64,000 nt of DNA from an uncultured Fibrobacteria bacterium (GTDB lineage: Bacteria; Fibrobacterota; Fibrobacteria; UBA11236): assembly GCA_963716395.1 (NCBI GenBank), contig OY970309.1, forward strand, positions 1,440,001-1,504,000. Direction: 5' to 3'. Below are positions 19,508 to 29,107 of this stretch, piece by piece. A model generated the notes under the pieces. It was not told the DNA's origin. It was given only the letters and a program-made list of their open reading frames with translations, and made no database searches. The position numbers and the translations under genes are program-made. Within the stretch, counting starts at the first letter, position 1. Each line of letters opens with the position of its first letter.

Positions 19508-20404
19508 TCAATCCGGAGGTGCCGCGACCCAATCTTTGGGAACTAAGAAATAGGAAGTCAGCCGCGCTTCGGGGCTGCCCGATTCCGGTTGAAAGTCATA
19601 CTCCCACCGGCACAGCGGCGGAAGTGACATCAAAATCGACTCGGTCCGACCGCCCGACTGCAACCCGAACAAGGTGCCGCGATCGTAGATCAGGTTGAAT
19701 TCCACGTAACGCGATCGTCGGTAAAGCTGAAAGTCGCGCTGGGCCGCGGAGAAATGCCGGCCGCGCAAAGCCGCGAAGGGGCGGTATAAATCGGGAAACA
19801 GATTCCCCAACTCCTCCACGAATTTCAAATCGGTTTCCGGGTCGTCTTGCAGATGATCGAAGAACAAGCCGCCCACGCCGCGCGCTTCGCGCCGGTGTTG
19901 GAGGTAAAAGTATTCGTCGCAAGCCTGCTTGAGGGCGCGGTAGTCGCGTCCCGCGTCGTTGCAGAAGCGTTCGAGCCGGCGGTGAAAGTCGACCACCAGT
20001 TTTTTTTCCGGATAATAGGGGGTCAAATCCACCCCGCCGCCGAACCAACTCATGCCTTCGGTTTCGAAGTAGCGGACATTGAGATGCACGGTGGGGACAT
20101 GCGGATTCAACGGATGCAGCACCAAACTGACGCCGGTGGCATAATAGGGCGCCCCGGCGGGGATGTGCAGCGCCTGGGCCGCCGAGGCCGGCAGCGCGCC
20201 GCCCTGCAGGGCCGAAAAGTTGACGCCGCCTTTTTCCAGCAAAACCCCGCCTCCCCAGATGCGCGTCCGGCCGCCGCCGTCGCCGCGATCATAACTCCAA
20301 CGATCTTCCCGGTAGTCGGAACCGTTTTCACTGTTCAAGAAGGCGCAAATCCGATCCTGCACTTCGCGGAAGCGCTGGGCGACGCGATCGCCGAAATCGG
20401 ACAT
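19508..20404 (-). CDS. hemF: oxygen-dependent coproporphyrinogen III oxidase
   Basis: EKGGVNFS, HPLNPHVPTVHLNVRYF, WFGGGVDLTP, RSRYVEFNLIYDRGTLFGL, RTESILMSLP. Confidence 0.97.
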   Translation of the reverse strand: MSDFGDRVAQRFREVQDRICAFLNSENGSDYREDRWSYDRGDGGGRTRIWGGGVLLEKGGVNFSALQGGALPASAAQALHIPAGAPYYATGVSLVLHPLNPHVPTVHLNVRYFETEGMSWFGGGVDLTPYYPEKKLVVDFHRRLERFCNDAGRDYRALKQACDEYFYLQHRREARGVGGLFFDHLQDDPETDLKFVEELGNLFPDLYRPFAALRGRHFSAAQRDFQLYRRSRYVEFNLIYDRGTLFGLQSGGRTESILMSLPPLCRWEYDFQPESGSPEARLTSYFLVPKDWVAAPPD

Positions 20405-20460
20405 ACCGTCAAATCTACTTCACGCCGCGGCCCCGCCGTTTCTACTTTACCCTCCACGGC

Positions 20461-21324
20461 ATGAGCTTGCTTTCGTTCTGGCAACATCTTCCCTCGCACA
20501 TGAATCCGGTCATCCTGCATATCGGAGGTTTCCGGTTGCAATGGTACGGACTCATGTATCTGGTGGCTTTTCTCTGCACCTATTTTCTGGCGCGGTACCG
20601 CACGCGCACCGAATCCCGCTTTCCCTATGACGAGGAATTTCTGAAGAATCTGATGACGTACGCTTTTCTCGGCGTGCTCATCGGCGGGCGTCTGGGCTAT
20701 GTGCTGTTCTACAACTTTCCCTATTACATGGCGCATCCCCTGGAAATCATTCTGCCCTTTCGATCCACGCCCACGGGGTGGCAATTCAGCGGCATCTCAG
20801 GGATGTCGTACCATGGCGGCCTGACGGGTTGCGTGCTGGCCTGCGCCTGGTTCTGCAAAAAATTCGCCGCCGATTTTTGGAATCTCGCCGATTTGTTTTT
20901 TCCCGCGGCGCCGCTCGGGTATACGTTCGGCCGCATCGCCAATTTCATCAACGGAGAATTGTGGGGGCGCGTGACCCATGCCCCTATCGGCATGTATTTT
21001 CCCGACGCACCCGGCCTGCAATTGCGACATCCCTCACAACTTTACGAAGCCTTTTTCGAAGGCCTGGTGCTGTTCGCCATTCTCTGGTCGCTGCGCAAGC
21101 GTCCGTTTTCCAAAGGTTCGTTCGCGGGGCTGTATCTTATCGGTTACGGTTGCTTCCGCTTCTTCATCGAGTTCTTCCGCCAGCCCGACGCGCAATTGGG
21201 GCTTTTGTTTTTCGGGCACTTTTCCATGGGCCAGGCTTTGTGCACCGCTATGATTGCGGTGGGGATTTTGTTCCTGGTGTGGCGGAAACGTGCGGCGGTG
21301 CCGGCTTCTCCGGCCGGGAGCTGA
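20461..21324 (+). CDS. lgt: prolipoprotein diacylglyceryl transferase
   Basis: WYGLMY, GGRLGYVLFY, GMSYHGG, GRIANFINGELWGR, HPSQLYE, RFFIEFFRQPD. Confidence 0.97.
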   Translation: MSLLSFWQHLPSHMNPVILHIGGFRLQWYGLMYLVAFLCTYFLARYRTRTESRFPYDEEFLKNLMTYAFLGVLIGGRLGYVLFYNFPYYMAHPLEIILPFRSTPTGWQFSGISGMSYHGGLTGCVLACAWFCKKFAADFWNLADLFFPAAPLGYTFGRIANFINGELWGRVTHAPIGMYFPDAPGLQLRHPSQLYEAFFEGLVLFAILWSLRKRPFSKGSFAGLYLIGYGCFRFFIEFFRQPDAQLGLLFFGHFSMGQALCTAMIAVGILFLVWRKRAAVPASPAGS

Positions 21325-21352
21325 TTTTTCAACAGGCAAAAACAAAAGGCAT

Positions 21353-21382
21353 AAAAAAACCGGGGCTCTTGTGGAGCCCCGG
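21353..21382 (-). terminator. Rho-independent terminator downstream of the sigma factor gene (may also stop lgt)
   Basis: Perfect 9-bp hairpin CCGGGGCTC/GAGCCCCGG with a 5-nt loop, followed by T7 on the minus strand. Confidence 0.85.
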
Positions 21383-21460
21383 AACCCAGGGATAGGAGAG
21401 GGGGAGATGAGGTGCCTAGGAGGACCCCCGGGTTTTTCTTATTACATAATGTAACCCATT

Positions 21461-22318
21461 TTATCCGACCAGGGCAAGCTCGCGGGCTTCCTCGAAGCTC
21501 CGCAATGATTCCAGCCCTTTTTCCTTGATTTGGCGCACGCGCTCCTTGGAAAGTCCGATGATTTCGCCGATTTCTTCCAAATTAAGCGGCTCGAAATATC
21601 CAATCCCGAAATACATACTCAATACCGTTTTTTCCTGTTCCGGAAGGCGGTGCAGTAATTCGCTCACGTGCTTTTTGCGCGAATCTTCCTGAATGCCCAA
21701 ATCCGGGGCTTCGGAATGGGAGTCTTCGATCACATCGAGAATCGAAGTTCCCTCTTCGTTGCCAATGGGCTCGTCGAGCGAGGCATGCCGCAGGCCCATT
21801 TCCAAGATTTTTTCCACCTGATCGCCGGTGTACCCGAGCTTTTTCCCCAAAGCCTTGGTATCGACCTGCAGCCCGCCGCCCACCACCTGCCGCATGGGCA
21901 CGTTGTGTTTGGAGAACCGGCGCAGAATCAGCTCTTTCTCGGCGCTGATGCGCACCAAGCGCGCGCGTTCGGCGATGGCGCGCGTGATGGCCTGGCGAAT
22001 CCACCACACCGCGTAGGAGATGAATTTGAGATTGCGGTTGATGTCGAAGCGCTTGGCGGCTTCGATGAGGCCGATGTTGCCTTCATTGATCAATTCGGGC
22101 AAAGAAAAGCCCTGGTTCTTATACATGAACGCCACGTTGATCACAAATTTTAGATTGGAGCACACCAACTTGTGCATGGCCCGCTGGTCGCCGGATTTGA
22201 CGCGTTTCAGGATTTCGGTTTCTTCTTTGCGGGTCAGCAAGGGATAACGGCTGATGTCTTTGATGTATTGGTAGTAGAGGGAGGCGCCTTCCCAAGCCTC
22301 CATGGATTGATGTGTCAT
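21461..22318 (-). CDS. RNA polymerase sigma-70 factor, short RpoD/SigA type lacking region 1.1
   Basis: Region 1.2 (YIKDISRYPLLT), region 2 (ELINEGNIGLIEAAKRFD...KFISYAVWWIRQ), region 4.2 (LEEIG...SKERVRQI); 285 aa. Confidence 0.93.
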   Translation of the reverse strand: MTHQSMEAWEGASLYYQYIKDISRYPLLTRKEETEILKRVKSGDQRAMHKLVCSNLKFVINVAFMYKNQGFSLPELINEGNIGLIEAAKRFDINRNLKFISYAVWWIRQAITRAIAERARLVRISAEKELILRRFSKHNVPMRQVVGGGLQVDTKALGKKLGYTGDQVEKILEMGLRHASLDEPIGNEEGTSILDVIEDSHSEAPDLGIQEDSRKKHVSELLHRLPEQEKTVLSMYFGIGYFEPLNLEEIGEIIGLSKERVRQIKEKGLESLRSFEEARELALVG

Positions 22319-22528
22319 ATTGGGTTCCTTGGCTGAATTGGTTCGTTTTGAATAATACGGGGCCGGGAGGCCGGGTTTGTCACGGATCTGTCATAGCCCG
22401 GCATTTTTTTGCTCCAACCCGGTTTCAGAATGCAACATGCGAAAATCGACTTTGAGGCCCATCCGCCGCTTTTTAGCTTTACGGAACTTTGGGGTCAGGG
22501 CCACCAAGCCATTGCATCGGAGTATTCC

Positions 22529-24862
22529 TTGAGTGTAAACGTCGTTGAAGCCATCGCAGGCGAAATCAAATTGCGCCCGGAACAGGTGCGAAACACCCTT
22601 TCGCTGTTCGATCAAGGCGCCACCGTGCCCTTCGTGGTGCGTTACCGCAAAGAGGCCACCGGATCGCTGGACGAAAACCAGATTCGTCTGCTGGAAGAGC
22701 GCTACGCCTATTTCAAGGAGTTGGAAGAGCGCAAGCAAACCATGCTCAAGAGCATCGAAGCCCAGGGAAAATTGACGCCCGAGCTCAAAGCCAAAATCGA
22801 GAATTCGCTTGCGAAAACCGAGATCGAAGATTGGTATCTGCCCTTCAAACCCAAGCGCCGCACACGCGCCATGGCCGCGCGCGAAGCCGGCCTAGAGCCG
22901 CTCGCCCGCCGTCTCGAAGCCCAGGAGCCGCAGGGCGAAAAAACCGCCGAACAAATCGCGGCAGATTTTCTCAATCCCGAAAAGAACATCGCCGATACGG
23001 CAGCAGCCTTGCAGGGCGCGCTCGACATTCTGGCCGAAGAACTGTCGGAAAACCCCGAAGTGCGCGCGGCCCTGCGCGCAGAGGCGCTGCAACGCGGTGT
23101 GTTCACATCCAAGGTGCGCAAGGAATCGGAGGGCAAACGGTCCAAATTCGAGATGTATTACAACTTCAGCGAAAAGGTGAAAGACCTGCCTTCGCACCGC
23201 ATTCTCGCCATGCGGCGCGGCGAAAAAGAGGAAGTGCTGAAAACCGAATTGCAGTTGCAAGACGATCATTGTATCGCCGCGTTGAACCGCCGTCTGAAAC
23301 CCGGGCCGTTCACCGCAGACCTGGAAAAGATGGCGGCCGACGCCTATGCGCGCCTGCTGAAACCGGCCGTAGAAACCGAGGTGCGCATGCTTTTAAAAGA
23401 GCGCGCCGAAGCCGAAGCCTTCCGCGTGTTCCAGAAAAATCTCTCCGACGTATTGTTGGCGCCGCCGGCCGGACCCAAAATCGTGATGGGCGTAGACCCG
23501 GGTTTTCGCAGCGGGGTGAAACTGGCCGTGGTCGACGCCACCGGCAAATTGCTCGAGCATCGCACCATCCATCCCCTGCCGCCGCAAAACCAGCGCGAAG
23601 CCTCGACTACCATTTTGCTGGCCATGATCGAGAGTTTCAAGGTCGAAATCATGGCCATCGGCAACGGCACGGCTTCGCGCGAAGTCGACGAATTCGTTTC
23701 CGAAGCCCTGAAGCAATTGGAGAGTCCTCCCATCAAGGTCGTGGTTTCCGAAGCCGGAGCGTCGGTATATTCCGTGTCTCCCGCGGCGTCGAAGGAGTTC
23801 CCCGATTTGGACGCGACGTTGCGCAGCGCGGTTTCCATCGCCCGCCGCATCCAGGATCCTCTGGCCGAACTGGTCAAGATCGAACCCAAGTCCATCGGCG
23901 TGGGCCAATACCAGCACGATGTGAGCCAGAACGAGCTCAAGCGCAAGCTCGAACAAACCGTTGAATCGTGCGTGAACCGCGTAGGCGTCGACGTGAACCA
24001 GGCTTCGGAGGCGTTGCTCGGCTATGTCTCGGGTGTGAACAAATCCTTGGCCAAGAGCATCGTCGACTACCGCAACCAGAATGGTGCTTTTCGCATGCGC
24101 GCCGCCTTGGTCAAGGTCCCGCAATTCGGACCCAAAGCCTTTGAGCAGGCCGCGGGTTTTTTGCGCCTGCGCGTCGCCGAAAATCCGTTGGACGCTTCGG
24201 CCGTGCATCCCGAACGGTATGAACTGGTGAAAACCATGTGCGCCGATGCCGGTGTTTCGGTGTCCGAAGTCATCGGCAACCGCGAGGCTTTGGGCAAAAT
24301 CGATTTCAAGAAATACGTGGGCGGCGAAGTGGGCATGCCCACCTTGCTCGACATCGCGGCCGAATTGGAAAAGCCGGCCCGCGACCCGCGCGCTGAATTC
24401 GTGTACGCCCGCTTCAACGCCAAGCTGCAAGACCTGAAAGATTTGCAGCCCGGCATGTGGCTCGAAGGCGTGGTCACCAACGTCACCAATTTCGGAGCCT
24501 TCGTCGACATCGGCGTGCATCAAGACGGCCTCGTGCACGTTTCGGAACTGTCCGAGAAATTCATCGCCGATCCGAAGCAGGCCGTGGCGCCCGGGCAATT
24601 GGTGCAGGTGCGCGTGCTCGCCGTCGACGCGGATCAAAAACGCATTTCGCTGTCGATGAAGAAAGAAGCCGCGCTCCCGCCCGCGGAGAAAAAAAAACGC
24701 GCCGGCGGACGGGGCCAAGAGCCGGCGAAACCCGCCAAGCCCCGGCGGCCGCAGGCTACCATGGATCAACTGGTCAAAAAGTTCAACGACACGGGCAAGC
24801 AAAAATCGAACAATGTGAAATTGCAGATTTCCATCAAAGAACTCATGCGTTCCGGCCGCTAG
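22529..24862 (+). CDS. tex: Tex / RNA-binding transcriptional accessory protein
   Basis: GATVPFVVRYRKEATG, DPGFRSGVK, IGNGTASRE, IGVGQYQHDV, S1 domain NVTNFGAFVDIGVHQDGLVH; TTG start after GGAG. Confidence 0.95.
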   Translation: MSVNVVEAIAGEIKLRPEQVRNTLSLFDQGATVPFVVRYRKEATGSLDENQIRLLEERYAYFKELEERKQTMLKSIEAQGKLTPELKAKIENSLAKTEIEDWYLPFKPKRRTRAMAAREAGLEPLARRLEAQEPQGEKTAEQIAADFLNPEKNIADTAAALQGALDILAEELSENPEVRAALRAEALQRGVFTSKVRKESEGKRSKFEMYYNFSEKVKDLPSHRILAMRRGEKEEVLKTELQLQDDHCIAALNRRLKPGPFTADLEKMAADAYARLLKPAVETEVRMLLKERAEAEAFRVFQKNLSDVLLAPPAGPKIVMGVDPGFRSGVKLAVVDATGKLLEHRTIHPLPPQNQREASTTILLAMIESFKVEIMAIGNGTASREVDEFVSEALKQLESPPIKVVVSEAGASVYSVSPAASKEFPDLDATLRSAVSIARRIQDPLAELVKIEPKSIGVGQYQHDVSQNELKRKLEQTVESCVNRVGVDVNQASEALLGYVSGVNKSLAKSIVDYRNQNGAFRMRAALVKVPQFGPKAFEQAAGFLRLRVAENPLDASAVHPERYELVKTMCADAGVSVSEVIGNREALGKIDFKKYVGGEVGMPTLLDIAAELEKPARDPRAEFVYARFNAKLQDLKDLQPGMWLEGVVTNVTNFGAFVDIGVHQDGLVHVSELSEKFIADPKQAVAPGQLVQVRVLAVDADQKRISLSMKKEAALPPAEKKKRAGGRGQEPAKPAKPRRPQATMDQLVKKFNDTGKQKSNNVKLQISIKELMRSGR

Positions 24863-25036
24863 TTCGCAGCGGTTTTCCCTCGCGAAAATTTTCGTAGTGC
24901 GGTCGCTACCCGCAACCCGAAATGGGTTCAACTATTCGGGCTTTTTTCGGATTCCAATAAATTTCCCCGGGGAGATTTTTCTTTCCTGCCTATTATTGAT
25001 TTTCATGAATGCAACCTTGAAAGTCGGAAAAAAGAA

Positions 25037-26692
25037 ATGAGCCGCAGGCCGGGACCGAAATGGGGCCAGGCAGCGATGGTGTTTGGGCTGGCCGCCATGA
25101 CTTTGCCGGTGCAGGCGCAATTCACCTATCCGGGTTGCGCGGCCGTGGACTCCGCCGACTTTCACATGGTGCCGCTGGTCACCAATAAAACCGACAACAC
25201 CATGCAAGAGCCGTTGAAAATGGCGCTGCATGCGAACGCCCAGGGTAACGTAGATGTTTACTTCGTGCAGCGTTACGGCCTGGTGCGCAAGTATGACGGA
25301 ACGGCCAAGTCGGTGACCAATCTTGCCAATTTCAACTACGGAACCGACTCGATTTCGGCCGGCTACAGCGAGGGCCTGGAAGGCATCGCTCTGGATCCCG
25401 CCTTCGACAGCAACCACTGGATGTACCTCTACTTGGCCATCAAGACCTCCTGGCGCGTGGAGCGCTATACCCTGAGCGGCAATTCTCTGGATCTTTCGAC
25501 CAAGAAAACCATTTTCGCCGTGACGGCTCCGGCATACAGCCAGCACATGGGCGGCACAGTGCGCTTTGATTCCGACGGGAACATGTGGATTTCCATGCCC
25601 GACGACGGCGGGGGTACGGTGCCGACCGTCGCGGTCGACACCGATTTGTACTTGGCCGCCAACACCAACAGCTATTTCGGAAAGATCCTGCGCATCAAAC
25701 CGATCGATTTCCCCGACGACCAGAATCCGTCGCCCGGTGCGGGCGCGACCTATACCATTCCCGACGGCAACCTCTTTCCAGCGGGGACGGCCAAGACCCT
25801 GCCCGAGATTTATATCATGGGCGATCGCAATCCGTATACCATCGACTTCGACCCGGTGCGCAAGGCTGTGACCTGGGGTGAAGTGGGGCCCGACAATTTT
25901 CCGAGCGCCACCGACAGCAATCAATGGACCGAGGAGGACAACTTTTCCAAGCAACCGGGATTTTTCGGATGGCCGTATTGGGCCGGCAACCAAACCAATC
26001 TGCCGACCCAGCCGCTGCCTGCCGGCAGCACGCCGGCGCATCCGATCAACAACCGTTCCGACAATACCGGGCTCACCAACCTACCTCCGGCCATCCCGCC
26101 CATCGTGCATTACGTAAAGAGCTGCGCCATCACCGGACCGGTGTACTATTACGACGGCAGCAATCCCTCCACCATCAAATTTCCCCCGCATTTCAACGGG
26201 GCTTGGTTCATCGGCGATTTCGATTTTTCGTGGATTGACGCCGTTCAACTCAATGCCGCGGGTACGGCCATCACCAACCGCATGCGCGTGGTGTCGGCCG
26301 CCAGCACCAACAGCACTTTGTACTCACCTTTGGAAATGCAAATGGGTCCGGACGGTGCCTTGTACGTGGTCAATTACGCCGGATACCGATCCTTCAGCTC
26401 CACAACCGGTATTTACCAGATTCAATACACGGGCTCCCCCTGCCAGCCCGCGGCGGAATTGCCCGAAGCGGAATCCTTGAAACCCGAGGTGAATTGGAGC
26501 GCGGGCCAGGTGGTGATAAATCGGTTCGGGCCGGCGTCGATCCAGGTGCATAATCTTTCCGGCCACTTGGAATGGTCGCAGCATGTGCAGGGGCCGGGGC
26601 GATTCGATTTGAGCGCGGTGCAGGCGCCCGGAGTTCATCTCGTCCGGGTGACCGCCTCGACGTGGCAGCACGATTTCAAATTCGTGCGGTGA
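25037..26692 (+). CDS. PQQ-dependent sugar dehydrogenase (GSDH) family beta-propeller with C-terminal Por/T9SS-like sorting domain
   Basis: Signal peptide; EGLEGIALDPAF, HMGG, GKILRI, RNPY, GPDGALYV; C-terminus IQVHNLSG...PGVHLVRV...FKFVR resembles a CTD. Confidence 0.8.
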   Translation: MSRRPGPKWGQAAMVFGLAAMTLPVQAQFTYPGCAAVDSADFHMVPLVTNKTDNTMQEPLKMALHANAQGNVDVYFVQRYGLVRKYDGTAKSVTNLANFNYGTDSISAGYSEGLEGIALDPAFDSNHWMYLYLAIKTSWRVERYTLSGNSLDLSTKKTIFAVTAPAYSQHMGGTVRFDSDGNMWISMPDDGGGTVPTVAVDTDLYLAANTNSYFGKILRIKPIDFPDDQNPSPGAGATYTIPDGNLFPAGTAKTLPEIYIMGDRNPYTIDFDPVRKAVTWGEVGPDNFPSATDSNQWTEEDNFSKQPGFFGWPYWAGNQTNLPTQPLPAGSTPAHPINNRSDNTGLTNLPPAIPPIVHYVKSCAITGPVYYYDGSNPSTIKFPPHFNGAWFIGDFDFSWIDAVQLNAAGTAITNRMRVVSAASTNSTLYSPLEMQMGPDGALYVVNYAGYRSFSSTTGIYQIQYTGSPCQPAAELPEAESLKPEVNWSAGQVVINRFGPASIQVHNLSGHLEWSQHVQGPGRFDLSAVQAPGVHLVRVTASTWQHDFKFVR

Positions 26693-26696
26693 AACC

Positions 26697-28853
26697 TTAC
26701 TCCGGAATTTCTTCGCGCAACCGTTCGGCCAGCAAGGTGTTGCGCGCCACCACCGGATTGTTTTCCACGCTGCGGCGCACCGCGGCCCAATGGCCCACCA
26801 GGGCCAGATGCTCGCGGGCGCGGGTGATGCCGGTGTAAAGCAGGTTGCGCTGCAACATGACCCAATGGCTTTTGGCCAGGATCAACACCACGGCCCTGAA
26901 TTCGCTGCCCTGGCTTTTATGCACGGAGATGGCATAGGCCAGAGTGATTTGATCGAGCGCTTCGTCGGCATAGGCAACGCTTTCGCCGTCGAAGTCGATG
27001 TCTAACTCGCCGTCTTCGCGGCGTACGCGGGCGACCCGTCCGATGTCGCCGTTGAACACGCCTTTGTCATAATTGTTGCGGAGTTGCATCACTTTATCGC
27101 CCACGCGAAAACGGCGATCGCGATGGCGCCATTCGGGTCCTGAGGGGTTGAGCCGCTTTTGCAACGCCTCGTTCAGCGCCAGCGTTCCCAACGGCCCCTG
27201 ATTCATGGGCGTCAGCACCTGGATGTCGTCGAAGGGATGAAAGCCGAAGCGCGCGGGCAAACGGTCGCAGGCCAGATCCAGCGCGGTTTCCAGGGTGTCG
27301 GCCGCATCGCCGCATTCGATGCGCTCGAAGTTGCCGCCTTCTCCGGCTTCGGGCAATTGGCCCTGATGGATGCGATGGGCGTTGCGCACGATGCGCGAAG
27401 CGTCGGCCTGGCGGAAGATGCGCGACAAATGCAGATGCGGCACGGCCTGCGAGCGGATGAATTCGGCCAACACCTTGCCCGGCCCCACCGACGGCAGTTG
27501 ATCGGGATCGCCGACCAGCACTAGGCGCGTGCCCGGGCGCACCGCGCGCAGCAAGGCATACATGAGCGGCGTGTCGATCATGGAAACTTCGTCGACCACC
27601 AGCGCGTCGCAGGGCAGGGGATTTTCTTCACCATGCACGAAACCCCGCGTCGTGGGATCGTATTTGAGCAGGCGGTGCAAGGTCGAAGCGCGCTGCCCCG
27701 TCACATCGGAAAGCCGGCGCGCGGCGCGGCCCGTGGGCGCGGCCAGGCGCAGGCTCAAGCCCGCTTTGGCGAACACGTGCAGAATGGCCGATACCGTGGT
27801 GGTTTTGCCCGTACCCGGCCCGCCGGTGAGCAGAAACAGCCCTTCGTTCACGGCCCGTTCGATGCCTTGAATCTGCTCGGCGCTGAAGGCGAAACCGTTT
27901 CCCGCATGCGTTTCGGCCTCGCGCACCGCCGCCGCGATTAAATCGCGCGGCAGGGGTTTGAGCCCCAGCCGCAACAGGCGCGCGCGCCGGGCGATGCCCG
28001 ACTCGGAATAAAACAGGTACGGCGGATAAAAATTGTCCGACGCATCGCGTTTCATCTCGTCGTTGGCGGCCAGATGATCCAAGGTGAACACGATTGTTTC
28101 CGCTTCGCATTGCAACAGTTCGCCAGCCTTGGCGATGAGCGCGTCGCGGGTCAGAAAAACGTGGCCGCTTTCCGCGGCGCGGCTCAGGGCAAAGGCCAGA
28201 CCGGCGCGCACGCGTTCGAAGCAGTCGGTGGAGAATCCGAGTTTGCGCGCGATGTCGTCGGCTTTCAAAAAACCGACGCCCCAAAGCTCGTCGGCCAGCC
28301 GGTAGGGGTTTTCCTTGAGCACTTCCACGGCCTCGGAGCCGTAGTGCTTGAGAATGCGGTGGCTGAGTCCCAAGGTGAGCTGGTGGGCCTGCAAAAACAG
28401 CATGACACCGCGCGCGGCCTTGTTCTCCTCCCACGATTGCAGTACGCGATCCTTGCGCTGGCCGCGCAGTTCCCGGATCTCCTGCAAGCGTTCGGGATGA
28501 TGGTCCAACACGTCGAAGGTGGCTTCGCCGAAGCGGGCCACCAGACGCTGGGCCAACACCGGACCGATGCCCTTGATGGCGCCGCCGCCGAGATAGCGCT
28601 CAATGGCTTCGGCTCCCGAAGGCGGCACCAAGGTGTAGCCTTGGGCGCGGAACTGCTCCCCGAAAATTTCATGCCGCACCCATTCGCCCACCAGGTCGAG
28701 GGTTTCGCCGGGCGTAAGGCGGGGAAAGTGCCCTACCACGGCGAAGATTTGGGCCGATGAGGCATGCGTGAATTTCAGTACCGAATACCCGTTTTCCGGG
28801 TTGTGGAAGGTCACGGTTTTGACCACGGCGCGGCGGATTTCAGAAGAGGCCAT
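26697..28853 (-). CDS. recD2: ATP-dependent RecD2-like DNA helicase
   Basis: N-terminal FHNPENGYSV, HhH IKGIGP, Walker A GGPGTGKT, DEVSM, GDPDQLPSVGPG, YAISVHKSQGSEF, YTGITRA. Confidence 0.95.
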   Translation of the reverse strand: MASSEIRRAVVKTVTFHNPENGYSVLKFTHASSAQIFAVVGHFPRLTPGETLDLVGEWVRHEIFGEQFRAQGYTLVPPSGAEAIERYLGGGAIKGIGPVLAQRLVARFGEATFDVLDHHPERLQEIRELRGQRKDRVLQSWEENKAARGVMLFLQAHQLTLGLSHRILKHYGSEAVEVLKENPYRLADELWGVGFLKADDIARKLGFSTDCFERVRAGLAFALSRAAESGHVFLTRDALIAKAGELLQCEAETIVFTLDHLAANDEMKRDASDNFYPPYLFYSESGIARRARLLRLGLKPLPRDLIAAAVREAETHAGNGFAFSAEQIQGIERAVNEGLFLLTGGPGTGKTTTVSAILHVFAKAGLSLRLAAPTGRAARRLSDVTGQRASTLHRLLKYDPTTRGFVHGEENPLPCDALVVDEVSMIDTPLMYALLRAVRPGTRLVLVGDPDQLPSVGPGKVLAEFIRSQAVPHLHLSRIFRQADASRIVRNAHRIHQGQLPEAGEGGNFERIECGDAADTLETALDLACDRLPARFGFHPFDDIQVLTPMNQGPLGTLALNEALQKRLNPSGPEWRHRDRRFRVGDKVMQLRNNYDKGVFNGDIGRVARVRREDGELDIDFDGESVAYADEALDQITLAYAISVHKSQGSEFRAVVLILAKSHWVMLQRNLLYTGITRAREHLALVGHWAAVRRSVENNPVVARNTLLAERLREEIPE

Positions 28854-28910
28854 CGGACACATTAATAATAGGGAAACCGGGAAGGGCCGGCGTGCCCGCG
28901 GTCACGGCCG

Positions 28911-28938
28911 AAAAAGAAAAGGGCCCGGAGGCGGGCCC
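28911..28938 (-). terminator. Rho-independent terminator after the bS22-like gene
   Basis: Hairpin GGGCCCG-CCTC-CGGGCCC followed by TTTTCTTTTT on the minus strand. Confidence 0.8.
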
Positions 28939-28975
28939 GATGGTTTGGGAAACGAAACCGGACGTTTGGTTTCGA

Positions 28976-29071
28976 CTAAACCAGTTTTTTCTTGTGGCGG
29001 TTCAGGCGACGGCGTTTCTTGCGCTTGTGGGTCGCCATTTTTTTCCGCTTGCGTTTTTTGCCACAGGGCAT
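28976..29071 (-). CDS. small basic protein, AURKAIP1/COX24 (DUF1713) family, ribosomal protein bS22-like
   Basis: Read directly: MPCGKKRKRKKMATHKRKKRRRLNRHKKKLV (31 aa); SD GAGGT, own promoter and terminator; below the ORF-track cutoff. Confidence 0.9.
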   Translation of the reverse strand: MPCGKKRKRKKMATHKRKKRRRLNRHKKKLV

Positions 29072-29107
29072 TTTGACCTCAAAGCTTCCGAAAAGACAGG
29101 GCGATGA

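Noticed and set aside
21370-21425. Plus-strand GGA cluster as a CsrB/RsmZ-type sponge RNA
   Set aside because: The GGAs are not in individual hairpin loops, and both the G-U-containing stem and the U-tract favour a minus-strand RNA.
22399-22413. CGGCA-T7-GC as a sigma-54 -24/-12 element
   Set aside because: GG-to-GC spacing is 9 nt, and sigma-54 requires 10.
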